Of a stretch of DNA of 64,000 nt, positions 33,871 to 44,697 are shown piece by piece (positions within the stretch are counted from its first letter, which is position 1; each line of letters opens with the position of its first letter). Source of the stretch: an uncultured Gemmatimonadaceae bacterium (GTDB lineage: Bacteria; Gemmatimonadota; Gemmatimonadetes; Gemmatimonadales; Gemmatimonadaceae); assembly GCA_963822945.1 (NCBI GenBank), contig CAWGJO010000026.1, positions 124,518-188,517 on the forward strand, in the 5' to 3' direction. Position numbers and translations under genes: made by a program. The notes beneath the pieces were generated by a model. That model was given only the letters and a program-made list of their open reading frames with translations. It ran no database searches and had not been told where the DNA came from.

Positions 33871-36837
33871 GTGACGAGACTCCGCTCCCTGCTGGCGATC
33901 GCCGCGCTCATGATGCTCTCCGCCCAGGCCGCCTGGGCGCAGCAGCGTCGAGTAACCGGCCATGTGGTTGGCCCGGCCGGCGAACCGATCAGCAGTGCCC
34001 AGATCCAGGTCCAGGGCACGACCATCAGAGCTACCGCAACCGGCGACGGCGCGTATTCCATTCCACTACCGGATGGCCCGCAGACCCTCGTGGTGCGGCG
34101 GCTGGGCTACAAGGTGACCACGGTCGCCGTGGCCGCCGGCGCGACCACCGCGGACATCAAGATGGACAAGGACGTGCTGCAACTCGACAAGATGGTCGTC
34201 ACCGGCGTGGCGACGACCGTGTCGAGTCAGAACGCGGCGAACGCGGTGGCCGTGGTGAGTGCGCAGGATCTCAACAACGCACCGGCCCAGACCATTGAGA
34301 GCGACCTCCAGGGCAAGATTCCCGGGGCTGTGATCACGACGAACTCGGGCGCCCCGGGCGGCGGCTCGCAGGTCCAGCTTCGCGGCGCGACCTCGATCAA
34401 CGCCAGCTCCAGCCCCCTGTACGTGGTGGACGGCGTGCTCGTCAGCAACGACGCCATCGGCTCGGGCCTCAACTCGATCACCAACGCGGGCGGCGGCATC
34501 ACCAACCGGCAGGATCAGCCGGTGAACCGCATCGCCGACCTCGATCCCAACGAGATCGAGAGCATCGAGGTACTGAAGGGCGCGTCGGCCGGCGCCATCT
34601 ACGGCTCCAAGGCCTCCAACGGCGTCATCGTCATCACCACCAAGCACGGCCAGGCCGGCGCGCCGAAGGTGAACTTCACGCAGCGGTACGGCCAGTACAC
34701 CATCTCCCACAAGCTGGGCTTCCGCTGCTTCCACTCGGCGGCCGAGGCGCAGGACTGGTGGACCAATACCATGGGCGGCGGCGGCTCGCCGCCGGTGGCC
34801 TGGCAGCCGGTGTGCCACGACTTCGAGAAGGAGTTCTACGGCGGGAACCCGGGCTCGTACGAGACCGACCTGTCGGTGAACGGCGGATCGGCGAACACCA
34901 CGTACTACATGGGCGGTTCGGCGAGCCGCGACAACGCGATCCAGCGCAATACCTACTATCAGAAGCAGTTGGTCACCGCCAACATCGGCCAGCTGATCGG
35001 CTCGCGGATCAACCTCCGCTCCAACAACCAGTTCATCCACACGCTTACCGACCGCGGCATCTCGGGCAACGACAACAACCCCGTGGTCTCGCCGGGCGAC
35101 ATCTTCTCGGTCACGCCCACCTGGGTGGATCTGGGCCACACCGTCAACGGCGTGTATCCCACGAATCCGTTCGAGGGTGACCTCGCCAACCCGTTCCAGA
35201 CGGCGGCGCTGGTGAAGATTCCCGAAGACGTCTATCGCTACATCGGCAGCGTGAACACGAACGTCTCGGCGTACAGCTCGGATCGCCAGACCCTGGACTT
35301 CACGCTCATCGCCGGCATCGACGCCTTCCAGTACAACACGCACCTCTATTCGCCGCCGGACGTCTACTGGGAGTCGGCCGACGGCCTGCCGGGTACCATC
35401 GTCACCAACAAGACGAACAGCACGTACGCGAACGTGAACCTGTCGGGCGCGCACAAGCTGATCACCAACCGGTTCACGGCGACCACGTCGTTCGGCTTGC
35501 GCCAGGAGCGCCGCCAGAGCGACGCCGTGTACAACCGCGGCCAGGACATTCCGGCGGGCGTGACCAACGTCAACTACGGCGTTCAGCAGTCGCTCACCGA
35601 GAACCAGTTCCTGGTGAAGGACTTCGCCTACTACGCGCAGGAAGAGTTCCTCACCCTCCACGACCGCCTGTTCCTGACGGCGGCGATCAACGCGGAGCGG
35701 TCGAGCGTGAACGGCAACGACAAGAAGTTCTACCTCTATCCGAAGTACGCGGCCTCGTATCGTGTGCCTTGGCTGCCCAAGTACACCAACGACCTCAAGA
35801 TCCGCGTGGCGTACGGCAAGGCCGGGAACCAGCCCAACTACGGCAGCAAGTTCACCTCGCTTCCCATCGGCGTGTACGGCGGCCAGTTGGGCGCCACGCC
35901 CTCGGGCACGGCCGGCAACCCGAACATCAAGCCGGAAACCTCCACCGAAACCGAAGCCGGACTGGACGCGCAGTTCCTCGATGGGCGCGTGGCATTGTCG
36001 GCCACGTACTTCAACAAGCGCGTCACCGACCTCATCCTGTCGGCCGCCGTGGCGCCGTCCACGGGCTACGGCACGAAGATCCTGAACGGCGGCGCGATGC
36101 GGAACACCGGCACCGAGTACGCCCTCAGCATGACCCCCATCGACCGCGGCAAGTTCACCTGGGTCTCGCGGACCACCTTCGCCAACGTCTGGAGCCGCGT
36201 CACGCACCTCGACGTGCCCTGCTTCGTGCCGGGCGGCGTGTCGTTCTCGCTGCGCTTCGGCCAGCCGTGGGTCTGCACCGGACAGTCGGTGACCACGCTG
36301 CAGGTGTACAACGGGTGGGATTCGACGTTCTCCGGCGGCACGTTCGTGAGCCGGGCCCGGCACAAGACCTACCTCGAGAGCGCGCCCAAGTACACCATGG
36401 GCTTCTCGAACGAGCTCGACTACGGCAACTTCCGCCTGACGAGTCTCTTCGACTACCGTCGCGGCGGGTACGCGGTGGATCTGACGGGGCTGTTCGTCGA
36501 CCCGACCTCCATCCTCTCGGATACGGCGATGACCAACGCGCGGCTGACCCGGTACATCCAGGGCTACGGCGCGTATGTGGAGCCGGCCGGGTTCGTGAAG
36601 CTCCGCGAACTCACGCTCTCCTATCTCCTGCCCCAGAAGTGGACCACGCGCCTCATCGGGGGCGATCACAGCCTCCGCGTCGAGGTCAGCGGGCGCAACC
36701 TGGCGACGTGGACCAAGTACAAGGGCTACGATCCGGAAGTGTCCAACTTCAGCAACGCGAACCTGGGTCGTTTCCAGGACGTGGCGCCGTACCCGCCCAG
36801 CCGCAGCGTGTTCTTCTCGGTGATCGCCAACTTCTGA
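33871..36837 (+). CDS. SusC/RagA-family TonB-dependent outer membrane transporter
   Basis: PLYVVDG; DLDPNEIESIEVLKGASAGAIYGSKASNGVIVITTK; GYDPEV; YPPSR; terminal Phe; SD GGAGG. Confidence 0.95.
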   Translation: MTRLRSLLAIAALMMLSAQAAWAQQRRVTGHVVGPAGEPISSAQIQVQGTTIRATATGDGAYSIPLPDGPQTLVVRRLGYKVTTVAVAAGATTADIKMDKDVLQLDKMVVTGVATTVSSQNAANAVAVVSAQDLNNAPAQTIESDLQGKIPGAVITTNSGAPGGGSQVQLRGATSINASSSPLYVVDGVLVSNDAIGSGLNSITNAGGGITNRQDQPVNRIADLDPNEIESIEVLKGASAGAIYGSKASNGVIVITTKHGQAGAPKVNFTQRYGQYTISHKLGFRCFHSAAEAQDWWTNTMGGGGSPPVAWQPVCHDFEKEFYGGNPGSYETDLSVNGGSANTTYYMGGSASRDNAIQRNTYYQKQLVTANIGQLIGSRINLRSNNQFIHTLTDRGISGNDNNPVVSPGDIFSVTPTWVDLGHTVNGVYPTNPFEGDLANPFQTAALVKIPEDVYRYIGSVNTNVSAYSSDRQTLDFTLIAGIDAFQYNTHLYSPPDVYWESADGLPGTIVTNKTNSTYANVNLSGAHKLITNRFTATTSFGLRQERRQSDAVYNRGQDIPAGVTNVNYGVQQSLTENQFLVKDFAYYAQEEFLTLHDRLFLTAAINAERSSVNGNDKKFYLYPKYAASYRVPWLPKYTNDLKIRVAYGKAGNQPNYGSKFTSLPIGVYGGQLGATPSGTAGNPNIKPETSTETEAGLDAQFLDGRVALSATYFNKRVTDLILSAAVAPSTGYGTKILNGGAMRNTGTEYALSMTPIDRGKFTWVSRTTFANVWSRVTHLDVPCFVPGGVSFSLRFGQPWVCTGQSVTTLQVYNGWDSTFSGGTFVSRARHKTYLESAPKYTMGFSNELDYGNFRLTSLFDYRRGGYAVDLTGLFVDPTSILSDTAMTNARLTRYIQGYGAYVEPAGFVKLRELTLSYLLPQKWTTRLIGGDHSLRVEVSGRNLATWTKYKGYDPEVSNFSNANLGRFQDVAPYPPSRSVFFSVIANF

Positions 36838-36868
36838 CGTGCACATCCCACCAAGGATGAATCGACTC

Positions 36869-38251
36869 ATGATGAAACGAACCGTGGCGCTCATCGCCGT
36901 CCTCACGCTCTTCGGGGCGTGCAAGGACTCGACCGGAGTGCCGGATCTGAACAACGTCTCGTCGTCGCTGCTCCAGAGCGGACTGAACCGCTCGTCGGTG
37001 CAGCTGCTCACCACAGGCCTGCTGCGGTCGGATCGCGGGAACCTGGGCATCGTGTTCCCGGAGACGATGGCGCGAGACCTCTACCGCATCGACACCGCCG
37101 AGCCCCGGTACATCACCGAGCTCATCGGTGGACCGGCCGATCCGGGCGGATTCGCCGCCGGCATGTGGGCGGGGTTCTACGCCGAGATCCGGGCGGCGAA
37201 CAACCTGATCGACAACATCGGCACGGCCACCGACCTGTCGTCGGCCGAGCGGTCGGCCACCACCGGACTGGCGCGTACCATCAAGGCGCTGGCCTACTAC
37301 CGGACGCTCGAGATGCGCGACTCCATCGGGATCCCGGTGGACGTCGATCACGACATCAACACCGCGCCGGCCCCGTTCGTCTGCAAGCCGAACGTGCTCG
37401 ACTACATCGGGGCGTTGCTCGACAGCGCTCAGGCCGATCTGCAGGCAGCGGGGAGCACGCCGTTCCCCTTCACGCTCCCCGGTGGATTCAGCTACCAGGG
37501 AGACTACAACACCCCGGCCACCTTCATGGCGTTCAATCGTGGGCTGGCCGGCAAGGTGGCGCTGTACCGTGGCATGGACCACAGCAAGCCGAACGCGGCG
37601 AGCTTCGCCACGGCGATCACCGACCTGACGGCCGCCATCGGCACGCTCGATCCGGCGACCCTCTGGAACTCGCTGTACTACGAATACAGTACGGCGCCCG
37701 GTGAGGCGACGAATCCGATCGTCGATGCCGCCATCCACCTCAACCCCATGGCCGGCGACAGCATCGAAGCCGGTGACCTTCGCGCGGCGGAAATCACCGT
37801 GCGCTCGTCGCCGATCACCGGTCAGGGCGTGACCACGGACTACGACTTCACGTACGCCGTGCCGTCCATCGGCGCCAACCTGACGCGCCCGATGCCCGTG
37901 CTGTCCAACGCCGAGCTGATCCTGCTCCGCGCGCAGGCCGAGATCGAATCCAACGACCTGCCGGCCGCGACGGCCGACGTGAATTTCATCCGCACGAACC
38001 TGGGCGGGTTGCCGGCGTACGCGACCTTCCCGGACAAGACCACCGCCATCAACGCCGTGCTGTACGAGAAGCGCTACACGCTGCTCGGACAGGGCGCGCA
38101 GCGGTTCGTCGATCTCCGGGCGTACGGCCGGTTGAATGGCACGTATCTCCGCAAGGAGACGCCGCAGGACATCTTCCAGAGCGCGCTCCCCGTTCCGGCG
38201 GCGGAGACCAACGCGCGCGGCGGTTCCATTGGGACGGTTAGCTGTAACTGA
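36869..38251 (+). CDS. SusD/RagB-family lipoprotein
   Basis: Lipobox LFGAC; AELILLRAQA, VNFIR, YEKRYTL, RFVDLRAYGRL and LPVPAAE motifs. Confidence 0.9.
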   Translation: MMKRTVALIAVLTLFGACKDSTGVPDLNNVSSSLLQSGLNRSSVQLLTTGLLRSDRGNLGIVFPETMARDLYRIDTAEPRYITELIGGPADPGGFAAGMWAGFYAEIRAANNLIDNIGTATDLSSAERSATTGLARTIKALAYYRTLEMRDSIGIPVDVDHDINTAPAPFVCKPNVLDYIGALLDSAQADLQAAGSTPFPFTLPGGFSYQGDYNTPATFMAFNRGLAGKVALYRGMDHSKPNAASFATAITDLTAAIGTLDPATLWNSLYYEYSTAPGEATNPIVDAAIHLNPMAGDSIEAGDLRAAEITVRSSPITGQGVTTDYDFTYAVPSIGANLTRPMPVLSNAELILLRAQAEIESNDLPAATADVNFIRTNLGGLPAYATFPDKTTAINAVLYEKRYTLLGQGAQRFVDLRAYGRLNGTYLRKETPQDIFQSALPVPAAETNARGGSIGTVSCN

Positions 38252-38275
38252 TCGCCCGTACGTAGTAGTGTAGGT

Positions 38276-38307
38276 CGAACGGCCCCGGCGACCGCCGGGG
38301 CCGTTCG
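38276..38307. terminator. GC-rich hairpin after the second SusD
   Basis: Inverted repeat CGAACGGCCCCGGCG/CGCCGGGGCCGTTCG; no U-tract. Confidence 0.55.
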
Positions 38308-38335
38308 GCTATACCACCACGCGAGGAGGTGGGCC

Positions 38336-38719
38336 ATGCACAGGCGACGATTTCTGATCGTGGGACTGCTGCTGACCGCCGGCTGCTTCCATCGCGCGCC
38401 GCTCAACGAGGTCTCGAACCCGAACGTCATCACCGAGGACGAGATCCGCGCGGCGCAGGCCGCATCCATCTACGACGTCATCGCCAAGCTGCGGCCGCAG
38501 TACCTGCGCGATCGCGGTCCGGTCTCCTTCATCGGAGGCGCCCGCGACGTGGCCACCGTGTTCCTGAACGATCAGGAGTACGGGCCCATCTCGCTCATGC
38601 GCGACCTGCCGTCGGCAGACTTCGCCGAGGTCCGATACTACTCCGGGATCGACGCCGTGCCGAAGTTCGGGCGGTATTACGGCTCCGGCGTCATCCAGCT
38701 GATCTCGCGCAACAACTGA
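38336..38719 (+). CDS. Small lipoprotein resembling a stand-alone TonB plug domain
   Basis: SD GAGGAGG; lipobox TAGC; VITEDEI..., SIYDVI..LRP, VFLND, EVRYY and FG..YGSGVI.L motifs. Confidence 0.7.
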   Translation: MHRRRFLIVGLLLTAGCFHRAPLNEVSNPNVITEDEIRAAQAASIYDVIAKLRPQYLRDRGPVSFIGGARDVATVFLNDQEYGPISLMRDLPSADFAEVRYYSGIDAVPKFGRYYGSGVIQLISRNN

Positions 38720-38726
38720 CCCTGCG

Positions 38727-38775
38727 GGGCGTCGCGCGGACTCGGTGGGCCGCGCCCCGAGTCCGCGCCACGCCC
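38727..38775. terminator. Hairpin between convergent genes
   Basis: GGGCGTCGCGCGGACTCGG...CCGAGTCCGCGCCACGCCC. Confidence 0.55.
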
Positions 38776-38780
38776 GGCGC

Positions 38781-40097
38781 TCAGGGCCGCTTGTACACGG
38801 CGCCGCCCTTCATCACGAACGCCACCCGCTTCGTGGCGGTGATGTCCTTGATCGGGTCGCCCTGCAGGGCCACGAGATCGGCCAGCAACCCCGGCTTGAT
38901 GGATCCGATGCGGTCCTCCCAGCCGAGCATCTTCGCATTGGTGACCGTGGCGGCCGTCAGCGCCTGCACCGGCGTCATGCCGTACTGCACCATGAGCACC
39001 AACTCCTTGGCGTTATCGCCGTGGGTGAACACTCCCACGTCGCCGCCGGCGCAGATCTGCACGCCCGATTCGAGCGCCGCTTCGAAGCTCGCGTGCTTGG
39101 CCAGCATGCCGGCGGTTTCGGGATCTCCGGGCTTCCACCCGCCGTACTCGGCAATCGAATAACCCGCGGCCACCGTCGGGATGTAGAAGATCCCCTTGGC
39201 CGCCATCTCCCGAAACTCCTTCAGCGTGCCGCGGTCTCCGTGCTCGATGGTGTTCACCCCGGCCTCGATGGCGCGCTCCATTCCCTCGGGCGTGGTGGCG
39301 TGCACGGCCACCGGCACGCCGGCGCTGTGCGCGACTTCCACGGCTCGTTGCATCTCGGCTTCCGTGAAGGTGGCGTGCGAGCCGGGGTGCGGCCCCCACC
39401 GGTAGTCACCGTAGAGCTTGATCCAGTCGGCGCCCTTGCCGATCTGCTCGCGCACCACGCGCTCGATGTCGTCCACGCCCGCCGCCTCCTCACCGCCCTG
39501 GGGCACGTCCCACCGATCGTCGAATCCCTTTGGGCCGTAGGCGCCGAGCGCCACGATGGCGCGCGTCGCAACGAACAGGTGGGGTCCCGGGATGATGCCC
39601 TGTTCGATGGCGTCGCGAAGCCCCACGTCGGCGAAGCCGGCTCCCTCGGTGCCCAGATCGCGGCTGGCGGTGAACCCCGCCATCAAGGTGGCCCGCACGT
39701 GGTTCACCGCGCGCGCCGTACGGAGCGCGAGCGGCTCCTTGAGCACCTGGTCGTTCCACGATGTTTCGTTGTACGGATGGAGGAACATGTGGGAATGCGC
39801 CTCGATCATGCCCGGGATGAGCGTCGTGCCCGGCAGCTCGATGGTCGTCGCCCCGGCGGGCGCCTTGACCGCGTTCCGCGGCCCCACGGCCGTGATATGC
39901 TCCCCGGTCACGAGCACGACCCACCCCTTGTGCGGCGTCGGATCGGCGCCGGTCCACACCTGGTCGGGGACGAGCAGCGTGGACGAAAGCGTGTCCGCGG
40001 CGGAGCGCGCCCCGCGTCGCTGGGCGTGGGCCGGCATCGCGGTACCGAGCATGAGAAGGGTCGCCGCGGCCAACGGAAGGGAACGATGGAAGCGCAT
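38781..40097 (-). CDS. Secreted metal-dependent amidohydrolase (Xaa-Pro dipeptidase/prolidase-like subtype)
   Basis: Signal peptide; [42 protein letters not shown] and FVMKGG motifs. Confidence 0.9.
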   Translation of the reverse strand: MRFHRSLPLAAATLLMLGTAMPAHAQRRGARSAADTLSSTLLVPDQVWTGADPTPHKGWVVLVTGEHITAVGPRNAVKAPAGATTIELPGTTLIPGMIEAHSHMFLHPYNETSWNDQVLKEPLALRTARAVNHVRATLMAGFTASRDLGTEGAGFADVGLRDAIEQGIIPGPHLFVATRAIVALGAYGPKGFDDRWDVPQGGEEAAGVDDIERVVREQIGKGADWIKLYGDYRWGPHPGSHATFTEAEMQRAVEVAHSAGVPVAVHATTPEGMERAIEAGVNTIEHGDRGTLKEFREMAAKGIFYIPTVAAGYSIAEYGGWKPGDPETAGMLAKHASFEAALESGVQICAGGDVGVFTHGDNAKELVLMVQYGMTPVQALTAATVTNAKMLGWEDRIGSIKPGLLADLVALQGDPIKDITATKRVAFVMKGGAVYKRP

Positions 40098-40113
40098 GGC
40101 AATCACTCGAGAT

Positions 40114-41583
40114 TCAGGTCGTTGGTGGGGGGCCCACGGGGTGTCCGGCCGACGTCCAGGCCTCGTACCCCCCGGACATCGGCGCCACGTTGGTGAAACC
40201 TCGCGCCCGGAGCAGGCTGGCGCCAATCACCGCCCGCGAGCTCGTCTGGCAGTGGACGATGACCGTCGCGTTGCACGATCCGGCGTTGGCGCGGGCCCAG
40301 TGGTCCAGGACGGTCAGTGCGACCTCCCTGGCGCCGGGTATCACGCCCAACTGCCGCTCGCCCGCGGTGCGCACGTCGAGCAGCGTCGGCGATGGGGGCG
40401 TGGCGAGCCGGTGCCTGACGTCGGCCGGGTCGACGAGCGTCATCGTGCCGGTGGGGAGTCCGGCGGCGCGTCGCACGTCGATGACGTCCTGCGCCAGCGC
40501 AATCCCCGCGACGCGGTCGAAGCCGATGTAGTGCAGGCGGCGGGCGACTGCACGCGCATCCGCTTCGGTCGCCGCCAGGAGGACGACGGGGCACTCCTCG
40601 GGAGCGATGGCGCCGAAGTAGGTCGTGAACGACTTGGACTTCGGTACGCAGATGGTTCCGGGGACGAAGGCGTCCATGAACGCGGCGGATGGCCGGACGT
40701 CGATCACGAGCACGCCGTCGGCAATTGCCTGGTCCACCTGGGCGGCCGAGAGCACGCGCGCGGCGGCGTCGGCAGCCGGCGCCGGCCGCCCGTCCCGGTT
40801 CACCGTCTTCATGCGGCCGAAATACCGCGGTGGTTCGGGCTGGGCGCTGAGCACCTCCGCGACGAAGGCATCCTCGGTGGCCGCCAGAAAGCCACGGTTC
40901 ACCAGGCGCTCGTAGCCCAGGGTCGACTGTGGCATGGCGCCGAGCGCCTTGCCGCACGCCGATCCCGCGCCGTGGCCGGGCCAGACCTGCAGGTGATCCG
41001 GGAATTGCTTCGCTCGTTGCAGCGAGGCGTACAACTGGCGCGCCGAGGCCTCCATCGTGCCGGGCACGTGCGCGGCCCGCTCCAGCAGGTCCGGCCGTCC
41101 GACGTCACCCACGAAGATGAAGTCGCCGCTCAGGATCCCCACGGGCCGATCGGACACGGCGCCATCGGTGACCAGAAACGAGAGATGTTCCGGGGTGTGT
41201 CCGGGCGTATGGAGGGCGCGCAGCCGGACGCCGCCCACCTCGATCACGTCGCCGTCATGGAGAAACGTGGGCCGCGTGGGGCGGCCCGACGATCCGACCG
41301 GCCGGCCGTCTGTGTCTCGGTACTGCCAATCCTCGCCGCCCTCCGCGGACAGATACAGCCGGGCATCGGCGGCGCGCGCCAACTCGCGGGCCCCCGAGAC
41401 GAAGTCGGCGTGGATGTGGGTCTCGGTGACGTGCGCGACGGTCAGCCCCTCTTCTCGAGCGGCGTCGAGGTAGCGGCCGATGTCGAGCATCGGGTCCACG
41501 ACGATCGCCTGCCCAGTGGCTTCGCAGCCGATCAGGTAGCTGGCTTGCGCCAGTTCGTCGTCGTAGAGGCGTCGGAAGATCAT
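40114..41583 (-). CDS. MBL-fold hydrolase with rhodanese domains (persulfide dioxygenase-sulfurtransferase, CstB-like)
   Basis: [27 protein letters not shown] and [11 protein letters not shown] motifs; C-terminal rhodanese with HCQTSSRA. Confidence 0.88.
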   Translation of the reverse strand: MIFRRLYDDELAQASYLIGCEATGQAIVVDPMLDIGRYLDAAREEGLTVAHVTETHIHADFVSGARELARAADARLYLSAEGGEDWQYRDTDGRPVGSSGRPTRPTFLHDGDVIEVGGVRLRALHTPGHTPEHLSFLVTDGAVSDRPVGILSGDFIFVGDVGRPDLLERAAHVPGTMEASARQLYASLQRAKQFPDHLQVWPGHGAGSACGKALGAMPQSTLGYERLVNRGFLAATEDAFVAEVLSAQPEPPRYFGRMKTVNRDGRPAPAADAAARVLSAAQVDQAIADGVLVIDVRPSAAFMDAFVPGTICVPKSKSFTTYFGAIAPEECPVVLLAATEADARAVARRLHYIGFDRVAGIALAQDVIDVRRAAGLPTGTMTLVDPADVRHRLATPPSPTLLDVRTAGERQLGVIPGAREVALTVLDHWARANAGSCNATVIVHCQTSSRAVIGASLLRARGFTNVAPMSGGYEAWTSAGHPVGPPPTT

Positions 41584-41756
41584 GTGGGGGGCTTCGCGAG
41601 CGGCGCAGGCAAGGGGGATGGGGGTGCAGCCAATCTACCGGGTCCCGGGCGCACGCCGCCAACGTGCCTCTGGCGCAGGAGCGGACCGCGTGAGACGTTT
41701 CGGACGTTCGCTGTGTTTACCTCCCTCAGTCCAGCCAACGCCGACCCTCCCGAGCC

Positions 41757-44681
41757 ATGCGCAGATCTTCCCTCATCGTCGCCCTTCTCGCCTTATCTGC
41801 CGCGGCCGCCGCCGCGCAGGCCCCCAAACGCGCCCTCTCGCCCGGCGACTGGGACCATTGGCGCTCGATCACCGGAACCGCGGTCTCCCAGGACGGCAAG
41901 TGGGTGGCGTATTCGCTCACGCCGCAGGTGGGCGACGGGGAGTTCGTCGTCCGCGCGACATCGGGCACCACCGAGTATCGTGTACCAAGGGGCTTCATCG
42001 GGCGTCCAAACATGACGCCCGGCTCGGCCGGGGGGCGCGGTCGTGGAGGCGGCGTCCCGGGCGGACAGATCTCTCCGGATTCCCGTTTCGCGGTCGTCAT
42101 CACGTACGCGCCGATGGCAGCGTTCGACTCGGCGCGCCACGCAGGACGGGGCGGCCGCCCGGGCACGCCGCCCAAGGCCGGGTTGGCCATCGTCGATCTG
42201 GCGTCGGGCCAGGTGACGACGATTGCCGATGTCCGTTCGTTCAAGATGCCCGCCGAGGCGGGGGACTGGCTGGCCTACCAGCTGGACACCGATACAACCG
42301 GGGCCAACGGCGCCAACGGACGTGCAGGGCGCGGCGGCCGTGGGGCGGCGAGTGATTCCGGAAACGCGCGCCGCAAGTCCGACGGCTCCACCGTGGTGCT
42401 CCGCAATCTGGCCAGCGGCGCCGAAACGAGGCTCGAGCATGTGGCGAGCTTCACCTTCGACGACAGCGCCAAGTACCTGGGCTATACGGTCTCGAGCCGC
42501 GAGGGAGACGGCGACGGCGTCTACGTGCGCGTGCCGGGCCAGGCCGCGCCGACCGCCATCATGACGGGGAAGGGGGACTATCGCGATTTCACCTTCGACC
42601 GCTCAGGATCGCGGGTGGCCTTCACGTCCGACCGTGACGACTTCGCGAGCAAGACGCCGAAGTTCACGCTGTACTACGCACCGTTGAAGGACGCGAAGCC
42701 CGTCGCCGTCGCGACGGCGGGCACGCTCGGCCCGAATCTGCTGGTCGCGGACTACGGCAGGGTTTCGTTCACGCGCTCGGGCACGGCGCTCCAGTTCGGG
42801 GTCGCGCCGCCGCGACCCGACACCGTGCCGCACGATTCGCTCTACGACAAGGCGATTTTCGATCTGTGGAGCTGGAAGGATGCCGAACTGATGCCGCAGC
42901 AGAAGGCCAATGCGGCGCGGGATCGCGACAAGACGTTCCTCGCCGTCTACCAGCTGGGCTCGAAGAAGCTCGTGCGGCTCACGGACGATTCCGTGCCCAA
43001 CGCCACGGTCTCTTCGGATGGGATGGTGGCCATGGAGACCAGCGACGTGCCGTACGCCATCGCATCGATGTGGGGCGAGGGCGGCAACGACGTGTATGCG
43101 GTGGATGCCACCACGGGCAAGCGCACCCTGGTCGTGAAGGAACTGCAGGGCCAGCGCGCCACGCTGTCGCCGGGCGGCAAGTTCATCACGTACATGAAGG
43201 ACGGGCGCTGGTACTCGTACGACATCGCGAAGGGCCGGACAGCCGATCTCACGGGCACCCTGCGCGGCGACCGGTTCGACAATGAACTCGACGATCACCC
43301 GGACATCGCGCCGGCGTACGGCCTCGGCGGCTGGACCCCGGGCGATGCGGCGGTGCTGCTGTACGATCGGTACGACGTGTGGCAGGCCGATCCGACTGGG
43401 GCCAAGCCGCCGGTGGTGCTCACGGATTCGGTGGGGCGGCGCGGGCACGTGCGCTTCCGCGTGGTCGATCTCGACCGCGACGATCCCTTCCTCGACCCCC
43501 GTGAGCCGGTGTTGCTCAGCACCTTCAACGAGGACACGAAGGCGGCCGGGTTCGCCTGGATGCGCCTGGGAGCGCGCCGCGCGCCCGAACAGGTGGTGAC
43601 GGCCGACGTCGATTACGGCACGCCGTTGCTCGCCAAGCACGCGAAGCGGTACGTGGTCACGCGCGGCACGTTCGTGGATTTCCCGAATCTGTACACAGGC
43701 GAGAAGCTGGCCGACCTCACGCGGATCTCCGACGCGAATCCGCAGCAGGCGGAGTTCAACTGGGGCACCGCCGAACTGGTGCACTGGATCAGCGCCGACG
43801 GCATTCCGCTCGAGGGCATTCTCTACAAGCCCGAGAACTTCGATCCGTCCAAGAAGTACCCGATGATCACGTATTTCTACGAGCGGCTGTCCGACAATCT
43901 CCACCGTTACGTGCCGCCCGGCGGCCGGAACATCATCAACCCCACGCATTACGTCTCCAACGGCTACCTGATCTTCGAGCCCGACATCCCCTACGAGATC
44001 GGCTATCCCGGCCCCAGCGCCATGAAGGCCATCGTCTCGGGGGTCGAGTCCCTGCTCACACGCCCGTACGTGGACCGTAATGCGCTCGGCATCCAGGGGC
44101 ATTCGTGGGGCGGATACCAGACGGCGTACCTCGTCACGCAGACCCACATGTTCAAGGCCGCGATGGCCGGCGCGCCGGTGGCCGACATGTTCAGTGCCTA
44201 CGGCGGCATCCGCTGGGCGTCGGGGCTCAACCGGTCGTTCCAGTACGAGCACACGCAGAGCCGTATTGGGGGATCCATCTGGCAGGAACCGCTCCGCTAC
44301 ATCGAGAACTCGCCGCTGTTCTGGGTGGACCGCATCCAGACGCCGCTGCTCATGATGCACAACGACGGCGACGGGGCCGTGCCCTGGTACCAGGGCATCG
44401 AGATGTACGTCGCGCTCCGCCGCATGGGGAAGGAGGTCTACCTCCTCGACTACAACGGGGACGAGCACAACCCCACCAAGCGCGCGAACCAGATGGACAT
44501 CGCGATGCGCATGCAGCAATTCTTCGACTACCACCTGCGCGGGTTTCCGGAGCCCGACTGGATGATCCACGGCATTCCGTATCTGCAGAAGGGACGGGAT
44601 CAGCTCGGACATCCGGCCGGTGTGCCCGCGCATCCCGGCGACAACGGACACACCGGCCCGGACGGGTCGCACAACCGGTAA
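41757..44681 (+). CDS. Secreted S9 family serine peptidase (prolyl oligopeptidase/acylaminoacyl peptidase-like)
   Basis: Signal peptide; beta-propeller region; GHSWGGY nucleophile, DGAVPW Asp and EHN His. Confidence 0.92.
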   Translation: MRRSSLIVALLALSAAAAAAQAPKRALSPGDWDHWRSITGTAVSQDGKWVAYSLTPQVGDGEFVVRATSGTTEYRVPRGFIGRPNMTPGSAGGRGRGGGVPGGQISPDSRFAVVITYAPMAAFDSARHAGRGGRPGTPPKAGLAIVDLASGQVTTIADVRSFKMPAEAGDWLAYQLDTDTTGANGANGRAGRGGRGAASDSGNARRKSDGSTVVLRNLASGAETRLEHVASFTFDDSAKYLGYTVSSREGDGDGVYVRVPGQAAPTAIMTGKGDYRDFTFDRSGSRVAFTSDRDDFASKTPKFTLYYAPLKDAKPVAVATAGTLGPNLLVADYGRVSFTRSGTALQFGVAPPRPDTVPHDSLYDKAIFDLWSWKDAELMPQQKANAARDRDKTFLAVYQLGSKKLVRLTDDSVPNATVSSDGMVAMETSDVPYAIASMWGEGGNDVYAVDATTGKRTLVVKELQGQRATLSPGGKFITYMKDGRWYSYDIAKGRTADLTGTLRGDRFDNELDDHPDIAPAYGLGGWTPGDAAVLLYDRYDVWQADPTGAKPPVVLTDSVGRRGHVRFRVVDLDRDDPFLDPREPVLLSTFNEDTKAAGFAWMRLGARRAPEQVVTADVDYGTPLLAKHAKRYVVTRGTFVDFPNLYTGEKLADLTRISDANPQQAEFNWGTAELVHWISADGIPLEGILYKPENFDPSKKYPMITYFYERLSDNLHRYVPPGGRNIINPTHYVSNGYLIFEPDIPYEIGYPGPSAMKAIVSGVESLLTRPYVDRNALGIQGHSWGGYQTAYLVTQTHMFKAAMAGAPVADMFSAYGGIRWASGLNRSFQYEHTQSRIGGSIWQEPLRYIENSPLFWVDRIQTPLLMMHNDGDGAVPWYQGIEMYVALRRMGKEVYLLDYNGDEHNPTKRANQMDIAMRMQQFFDYHLRGFPEPDWMIHGIPYLQKGRDQLGHPAGVPAHPGDNGHTGPDGSHNR

Positions 44682-44697
44682 CGGAGGAGGGAACGGA

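Noticed and set aside
28638..37050. Very long antisense ORFs (1090 aa at 28638..31910 and 994 aa at 34066..37050) and similar shadow ORFs across the window
   Set aside because: They mirror well-supported sense genes, have no motifs, and are expected from high-GC codon bias.
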